From: Phyllosticta citribraziliensis | Lineage: Eukaryota | Length of the DNA stretch: 64,000 nt | Direction: 5' to 3' | Assembly: GCF_038025025.1 (NCBI RefSeq) | Contig: NW_027117342.1 | Coordinates: forward strand, 558,001 to 622,000 | Part shown: one piece after another, positions 56,025-64,000 of the stretch | How the letters are laid out: every line of letters begins with the position of its first letter | Numbering within the stretch: the stretch's first letter is position 1 | The notes under the pieces: model-generated | Databases searched by the model: none | Seen by the model: the letters and a program-made list of their open reading frames with translations, nothing else | Told to the model about the DNA's origin: nothing | Position numbers and translations under genes: made by a program

Positions 56025-59000
56025 ATGGCGGGAGAGGCACACCAAGCTATGCGCCTTGAGCTTGCCGATGGCAAGCTTTTCGATGGCTATGCCTTTGGTG
56101 CCCCGCGCTCCATCTCAGGAGAATTGGTCTTCCAGACCGGCATGGTCGGCTACCCAGAATCCTTAACAGACCCGTCCTACAGAGGCCAGATACTGGTGAC
56201 GACCTACCCTCAAATCGGCAACTATGGTGTGCCCAGTCGCACTGAGCGCGATGCTCTCCTCAACGATCTCCCTGCATACCTCGAGTCCGACCAAGTTCAC
56301 ATCGCCGGCCTGGTTGTCCTCTCATACTCGGGCGAGAACTGGTCCAACCATCTTGCAAACAGCTCTCTCGGTGCATGGCTGAAGGAGCAAGGCATCCCCG
56401 CCATGTTCGGCGTCGACACCAGAGAATTGACAAAGACGATTCGCCAGGAAGGTAGCATGCTTGGTCGCATGCTGCTCGAGGCTCAGACCAATGGCGTGGC
56501 TGCCAGCGAAAAGGCCACTACTTACGAAGAGATACCCTGGGTCAACCCCAACGAAAAGAACTTGGTGGCTGAAGGTAAGACGGTCTTGCTCCTACAAACG
56601 ATTTTTCTGACTGGCTTCAGTTTCCACCGAGGAACCCAAAATTTACTCCCCCGACCCCGCTACCGCATTAACGCACCCCTCTGGACGTCCGGTCAGAGTA
56701 GTGTGTGTCGACGTTGGATTGAAATTCAACCAACTGCGCTGCCTCGTCAGGAGGGGCGTCGAAGTCCAAGTCGTTCCTTGGGACTACAACTTCCCCGAGC
56801 TCGCGGGCAAGGAATACGACGGCCTCTTCCTCTCCAACGGTCCCGGTGACCCCGCCATGATGGACGCAACAGTCAAGCACATTTCAGCTGCCGTGGAGGA
56901 GGCTAGGACGCCAATTTTCGGTATTTGCTTGGGTCATCAGCTCCTTGCCCGTGCTGCTGGCGCTTCCACCATCAAGATGAAGTTTGGCAACCGCGGTGCC
57001 AACATTCCCTGCACGAGCTTGCTCTCAGGACGATGCTACATCACCTCCCAGAACCACGGTTACGCTGTCGACTCGGCCACCTTGCCCGCAGGCTGGCAAG
57101 AGCTCTTCGTCAACGCCAACGACGGTAGCAACGAGGGTATCCGCCACAGCAGCAAGCCCTTCTTCTCGGTGCAATTCCATCCCGAGCACGCCCCCGGCCC
57201 CCGCGACACCGAGTTCCTCTTTGACGTTTTCATCGACACGATCAAGAAGACCATCGAAGACCAGACGCTCCTGACCAAGCCCGTCGAGTTCCCTGGCGGC
57301 AACATCGAGGAAAACAGGGCGCGGAACCCCAAGTTGCAACCCAAGAAGGTCCTCGTGCTCGGCTCTGGTGGTCTCAGCATCGGTCAGGCCGGAGAGTTTG
57401 ACTACTCGGGTAGCCAGGCCATCAAGGCGCTCAAGGAAGAGGGCATCTACACCATCCTCATTAATCCCAACATTGCCACCATCCAGACGTCCAAGGGCCT
57501 CGCAGACAAGGTTTACTTCCTCCCGGTCAACGCCGACTTTGTCCGCAAGGTCATCAAGAACGAGCGCCCCGATGCCATCTACTGTACCTTCGGTGGCCAG
57601 ACCGCCCTGCAGGTCGGCATCCAGCTCAAGGACGAATTCGAGGAGCTCGGCGTCAAGGTTCTCGGTACGCCCATCGACACCATCATCACCACCGAGGACC
57701 GCGAGCTTTTTGCACGGAGCATGGACTCGATCGGCGAAAAGTGCGCCAAATCTGCCTCGGCCAACTCTGTCGAAGAGGCCATGCGCGTCGTCAGCGACAT
57801 TGGCTTCCCCGTCATTGTCCGCGCCGCTTATGCTCTCGGAGGTCTGGGCAGTGGCTTCGCCGAAAACGAGTCGGAGCTGCTCGACCTCTGCAACAAGGCC
57901 TTTGCTGCCAGTCCCCAGGTCCTGATTGAGCGCAGTATGAAGGGTTGGAAGGAAATCGAGTACGAGGTCGTTCGCGATGCCCACGACAACTGCATCACCG
58001 TCTGCAACATGGAAAACTTTGACCCTCTGGGCATCCACACTGGCGACTCGATTGTCGTCGCACCTTCCCAAACGCTGTCCGACGAAGACTACAACATGCT
58101 GCGCACTACGGCCGTCAACGTCATTAGGCACCTGGGAGTTGTCGGAGAGTGCAACATTCAGTATGCGCTGAACCCTACCTCCAAGGAGTACTGCATCATC
58201 GAAGTCAATGCCCGTCTGTCGCGTTCGTCGGCCCTCGCCTCCAAGGCCACTGGCTACCCGTTGGCTTTCATTGCGGCCAAGCTGGGTCTCAACATTCCCC
58301 TCAACGAGATTCGCAACACCGTCACCAAGGTCACCTGCGCGTGCTTTGAGCCTTCTCTCGACTACTGCGTCGTCAAGATTCCTCGTTGGGACTTGAAGAA
58401 GTTTACCCGCGTGTCTACGCTTCTCGGCTCCTCCATGAAGAGTGTTGGAGAGGTCATGGCCATCGGAAAGACTTTTGAAGAGGCCATTCAAAAGGCCATT
58501 CGCGCCGTGGACCCGAACAACCACGGTTTCAACGAGACCGCCATGGCGCTCATGTCGCTCGACCAGGAGCTCCAGACTCCGTCCGACCAGAGACTGTTCG
58601 CCATTGCCAACGCCATGGCCTCGGGCTACAATGTCGACAAGATTTGGGAGCTCACCAAGATCGACAAGTGGTTCTTGACCAAGCTCAAGGGCCTGAGCGA
58701 CTTTGGAAAGCTCATGAGCGAGTACAGCAGGCAGACCATCACCACTCCTCTCTTCAAGAAGGCCAAGCAGCTTGGATTCTCTGACCGCCAGCTCGCAAAC
58801 TTTTGGAACTCGAACGAGCTTGCTGTCCGCCAGTTGAGGGTTGATGCGGGCATCTTCCCCGTCGTCAAGCAAATCGACACCGTCGCCGCCGAATTCCCTG
58901 CATTCACCAACTACCTCTACGTCACTTACCACGGCACTTCTCACGACATTGAGTTCAACGACCGTGGTGTCATGGTCTTGGGATCTGGTGTGTACCGCAT

Positions 59001-61590
59001 TGGTTCGTCTGTCGAATTCGATTGGTGCTCCGTTCGTGCCATTCGCACTCTCAGAGAAGCCGGATACAAGACCATCATGGTCAACTACAACCCCGAGACG
59101 GTCAGCACCGACTACGACGAGGCCGACCGCTTGTACTTTGAAAACATCAACATCGAGACGGTCCTCGACATTTACCAGATGGAGAACTCGAGCGGTGTCA
59201 TCATGTCCATGGGTGGCCAGACGCCCAACAACATTGCGCTGCCCCTGCACCGTCTCAACGTCAAGATTCTGGGAACCTCGCCAGAGATGATTGACACCGC
59301 CGAGAACCGCTACAAGTTCTCGCGCATGCTTGACAGAATTTCCGTCGACCAACCCGCGTGGAAGGAACTCACTAGCATTGATGAGGCGGAAGAATTCTGC
59401 AACAGGGTCACTTATCCCGTCCTGGTCCGGCCGTCGTACGTCCTTTCGGGTGCTGCCATGAACACGGTGTACTCGCAGCACGACCTCGAAAACTACCTCA
59501 AGCAGGCCACCGAGGTCTCGCGCGACCACCCCGTCGTCATCACCAAGTACATTGAGAACGCCAAGGAGATTGAAATGGACGCCGTCGCCCGCCGCGGTAC
59601 CATGATTGGCCACTTCATCTCCGAGCACGTCGAGAATGCTGGTGTCCACTCTGGTGATGCCACCCTCATCTTGCCTCCGCAGGATCTTGAAAAGGAGACG
59701 GTGCGTCGCATCGAGGACGCCACTCGCAAGATTGCCAATGCTCTCAACATTACGGGTCCGTTCAACATTCAATTCATTGCCAAGGACAACGACATCAAGG
59801 TCATTGAGTGCAACGTTCGCGCTTCCAGGTCTTTCCCATTTGTGTCCAAGGTCATGGGTGTCGACCTGATTGAGATGGCCACCAAGGCCATGGCTGGCCT
59901 GCCGCTCCAGGAGTACCCGCCAGTCAACATTCCCGACGACTACGTTGGTGTCAAGGTTCCTCAATTCTCCTTCTCGCGTCTGTCTGGCGCCGACCCTGTT
60001 CTTGGTGTCGAGATGGCCTCGACCGGAGAAGTCGCCTGCTTCGGTAGGACCAAGTTTGAGGCTTACATCAAGGCGCTCATCTCGACGGGTTTCAAGCTGC
60101 CCAACAAGAACATTCTTCTGTCGATTGGTTCTTTCAAGGACAAGCTGGAGATGCTCCCGTCAATCCAGCGTCTCCACCAGATGGGCTTCAACCTGTTTGC
60201 CACTGCCGGTACGGCCGACTACATTGTCGAGCACGGCATTCCCTGCAAGTTCTTGGAAGTCCTCACCAGTGACGCCGTTGAGCAGAAGCCGGAGTACTCG
60301 CTCACTCAGCACTTGTCCAACAACATGATTGACTTGTACATCAACCTGCCGTCGAGCAACCGTTTCCGCAGGCCGGCCAACTACATGAGCCGTGGTTACA
60401 AGACTCGCAGAATGGCCGTCGACTACCAGACGCCGCTGGTCACCAACGTTAAGAACGCCAAGCTCCTGATCGAGGCCATCTCTCGTCACTACGATCTCGA
60501 GATTAGCAAGGTCGACTTCCAGTCGTTTGCCGATGCTGGCGCGGAGCACCACGATTCTGAAGCCGTCCTCGGTAGGTCCAACGGCAGCCTTACCCTGGAG
60601 CAGCTTCTCGCAAGGTCGCCTTTCAAGGGCAAGCACATTACTTCGGTGAAGCAAGTCACTCGCAGCGACCTGCACTTGCTCTTCACCGTCGCTCAGGAGA
60701 TGCGTCTCGGTGCCCAGCGCCAGGGTGGTCTCGACGTTCTCAAGGGCCGCGTCCTATGCACCATGTTCTACGAGCCCTCGACCAGGACTTCTGCTTCCTT
60801 CGATGCTGCCATGAAGCGCCTTGGTGGTTCCACCGTCGTCATTAGCGAGTCGACCTCGAGCACCAAGAAGGGCGAGACTCTGAGCGACACCATCCGCACC
60901 CTCGGCTGCTACGGTGACGCCATTGTCCTCCGTCACCCCGAGGACGAGTCGATCAACACCGCCTCCAAGGTTTCCAACGTTCCCATCATCAACGCTGGCA
61001 ATGGTAGCCGCGAGCACCCCACGCAGGCCTTCCTCGACCTCTTCACCATCCGTGAGGAACTCGGCACGGTCAAGGGTCTCACCATCACCTTTGTTGGCGA
61101 CCTTCTCTACGGCCGCACGACCCACTCGCTGTGCGAGCTCCTCAAACACTACGACGACATCAAGATCCAACTCGTGTCGCCCGAGCCGCTCCGCATGCCA
61201 GAGAACATCCGCGAGACGCTCAAGGCGCGCGGCCAGCTGCTCACCGAGAGCTTCGAGCTGACGCCCGACATCATCAGCCGCAGCGACGTGCTGTACTGCA
61301 CGCGGGTGCAAAAGGAGCGCTTCCCCGACCTCGAGCTTTACGAGCGCGTCAAGGACAGCTTCGTCGTCGACAACGCCGTCATGAAGAACGCCAAGGCCAA
61401 CATGATTGTCATGCACCCGCTGCCGCGCAACAGGGAGATTCCCGACGAGGTCGACACGGACCCGCGCGCCGCGTACTTTAGACAGGTGAGTAACCCCCAC
61501 CCCATTGACTTTCCTTTTCTAACAGTCGACCAGATGAGGTACGGGCTTTACACTCGCATGGCTTTGCTGGCTTTGGTGATGGCTCCGTAG
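56025..61590 (+). CDS. URA2: Multifunctional pyrimidine enzyme GATase-CPSase-ATCase (URA2/pyr-3/pyrABCN type) lacking the DHOase-like domain, 2 introns
   Basis: [42 protein letters not shown], two ATP-grasp folds, MGS domain, [12 protein letters not shown] and HPLPR; introns 56575-56620 and 61486-61533; ~1823 aa. Confidence 0.97.
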
Positions 61591-62162
61591 ACGCGGCAGG
61601 GTTGCTGGCGGCTGCTTTTTCCTTTTTCCTCTCTCCTCACTTGATGGCGTTTCTCGAAAAGAACCTCCTCGCGGAGAATCACAAAAATGGGGGCTGTTTT
61701 TTTAATTCCGTTTCCTTTTGCACGATACACTCACATAGATGACATGAAAGACTGGCGTTTTCACGAACAGTGGACTTTGGGTAGATGACTGTTGGGTCAA
61801 CAACAGCACATCGGCATTTGGGTTTGCCGTCTGGGGGGCGTCATGATTTTGGGTACCGAGGGCGTGCATGCCCTGTGATGATTTTGCATGAATCGTTTTT
61901 GTATATTGCACATACGTGCGTCATGTATTTATAGACGGGTTTGGGGGGAACCTATTTCACTTTTTCTGTAGGGTACTTGTACACGTTTGTAATATAGAGG
62001 GGTAATTTCAATTTGGTTGGTTGGTTGCTTTGAACAAGAAGTCAAGAAGAGTACGCCTGCTTTCATGAATCAAAAAAGGTATTCGTCCGCGCCGTTGAAC
62101 TATGCTCCCAACGCCATTTGTGCTCTTGCAGCAGTAAAAAAGGATAGAAAGGTGGGCTTTTA

Positions 62163-63028
62163 TTAGTTGCCGACGCAGCGGGACCATCCTGTTTGATGTT
62201 AGTCGAAGGGCACAATTTGGGGGCCAAGTCAAACTCACCGGGAAGACCGCATCCAAAGCCGACGAGCAAGTACAGCAGAAAGACGACAACGACGACCAAC
62301 AGCGCCATGAGCCTGACATTCTTCCACCACATGCGGCGCCTCAAGCCGCGACTCCTCACACGAAAGTCGCGCGCATTGCCGCCGAGACGATCCGTCTTGT
62401 CGACGAGCAAATCGATGCGCTCGCCGCGCTCCAGCACGCGCTCAATATTCTCCGTCATGATCTCGCGCACGCCCTGGATCTCCGTCTGCGCGCGGCGGAT
62501 GGCGTCGTTCTGGCCCTCCTCGCTGCTGCCCATGTCGACCATCAGGCGCTTGAGCGTGGCGTTGAAGGCGGCGCAGCCGTAGGCCGGCAGGCTGGCAAAG
62601 TCGGTGCGGTCGGGCGGGTACTGCTGCAGGAACGCTTCCTGCGCTGCGACCAGGTAGCCGAACGGGATGCGCCGGCCCAGGCTGCTCGACGCGATGACGA
62701 GGTACGTCAGCCCGCCGGCGCTCGCGGCCGACGCGGGGTGCTCCGACGCCGCCGATGCCATGTAGTGGATGTAGTGTTGGCCATGGGTGTAGGTGAGCTT
62801 TTGCGGCGACGTGTGCGAGATTTTGGGCAGGATGAGGGAGGCGAGGGAGGAGGTGTTGGAAGAGGCCGAGGCGGTATGTTCGGTGAGGATGGTGCTGTTG
62901 TGGGCGATGCACGAGCTGTGAGGGTCGCGTGGTTAGCTGCGTTTGTGGTGGTGTGGGTGATGTGCGGAGTATGCCCGGGGATTCTGGACATACTAGAGCA
63001 GCGGAGTCGAAGTGGAGGAGGACGCCAT
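62163..63028 (-). CDS. Longin-domain R-SNARE (VAMP7/Nyv1-like synaptobrevin), 2 introns
   Basis: MASSSTSTPLLY|SCIAHNSTILTEH longin domain, ENIERVLERGERIDLLVDKT SNARE motif, MWWKN, TM segment and final exon GWSRCVGN*. Confidence 0.92.
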
Positions 63029-64000
63029 GGTGGATTAATCGAGAAACGTGATGTAAAGCCGGTGCAGGTACAGTGCTGTGGTGTTGATGCACGCCTGACG
63101 ACCTGGACACAGTGAGGTTGACGTGCATCCCGGCCGGCGTTGGTTTAGCGGGGCGGCAGAACACTCACCGCCCACGTGCACATCTTGGCTCCGTCGCCAC
63201 GTGAAACCTTCAACCAACTCCAGTCCGTCAGGACTCTTTCGCAACGGCCCGGGATGCTTGATGTTGTCGGCTCTCGGATCGCTCTCTACATCAATGCCAT
63301 CAGATTGCGTGGTTGGCTGAGCGGGACTCGGAGCGACTTACAATTCGTCGTCGGCTACTCCGTGAGGCCCCCGAGGCCTGGAGCTCCGCGTTGACCACGA
63401 TTCTTTGCCATGACCAAAGTCCGTCCACTGGAAGAGAAAGAGCTTGGATTCCTGGGCGTTTATTGGAGACGAAAAATCAATCAAGGATGAGGACTTGGCT
63501 GGAATGTCGGCTCCATCACTTTACGCGGGAACTGCCTCGTGCCGTTGGTTCGTCGTACGTCAACGTCCTCACGCTGCTCGCCTAAAGCAGAAGTGGTGGA
63601 TGCTTCGGAGCGTTTTTCTCGCGTGGTGGCCCACTCGCTTCTTCTATGCTACTTTTAGTCCACAGCCGTTGAGTTGACTCGCTGTGTGGCTCTGTCCGCC
63701 CGTTGCGCTTCCCCTCGTCTTCATACGACCTATCACCGCTACCGCATCCGTGGCTTGTTTAGACTTAGACTTTCCGTGATCTGCTGTCCATCTTTGCAAA
63801 TCTCCCGGATTCTACATCTCAAAGTCAAGCTTGAACACATGTCCATCAGGATTTCAGGGTCTCTAAAGGAGACGAAAGAGCTATGAACCTGTTCGCGGGC
63901 CTTTTCTCAAGTCCTTGCATCTAGGCGAGCCACAACGCCTGTGCTGACCATTGCGTACCAGGGTTTGCCTAAACGCCATAGATCTCGAACCTCATATCCA

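Noticed and set aside
57025..59964. 979-aa antisense ORF inside URA2, and similar long antisense ORFs in DBP7, ESF1, the AKR and the ABC gene
   Set aside because: Shadow ORFs produced by strong C/G third-position codon bias; no domain motifs.

Overview
Gene-dense, GC-rich eukaryotic DNA from a filamentous ascomycete (Pezizomycotina, Dothideomycete-like), with short GT-AG introns (mostly 42-60 nt) carrying CTRAC/CTAAY branch sites. About 25 protein genes are supported. Housekeeping genes include PAN6, DBP7, ASA1, PDX3, POP4, ESF1, CLR2, URA2, a longin R-SNARE, a TRP-like channel and a PlsB/GNPAT-type acyltransferase. Less conserved stretches lie at about 21.5-31 kb (histidine phosphatase, hypothetical protein, small secreted protein, P450 plus NTF2-like pair) and about 41-51 kb (57-aa spliced microprotein, aryl-alcohol dehydrogenase, intronless Upf1-like SF1 helicase). 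I found no tRNA, rRNA, CRISPR array or intact transposase. Most notable: (i) a URA2/CAD-like gene that lacks the pseudo-dihydroorotase domain; (ii) a dispersed motif RAYGRMTGCTCCYT that forms two exact 33-bp-period arrays plus inverted and solo copies; (iii) a head-to-head pair of a poly-SIM SNF2-PHD remodeler and Clr2; (iv) a retrocopy-like divergent SF1 helicase. All calls come from reading motifs by eye; no database searches were run.
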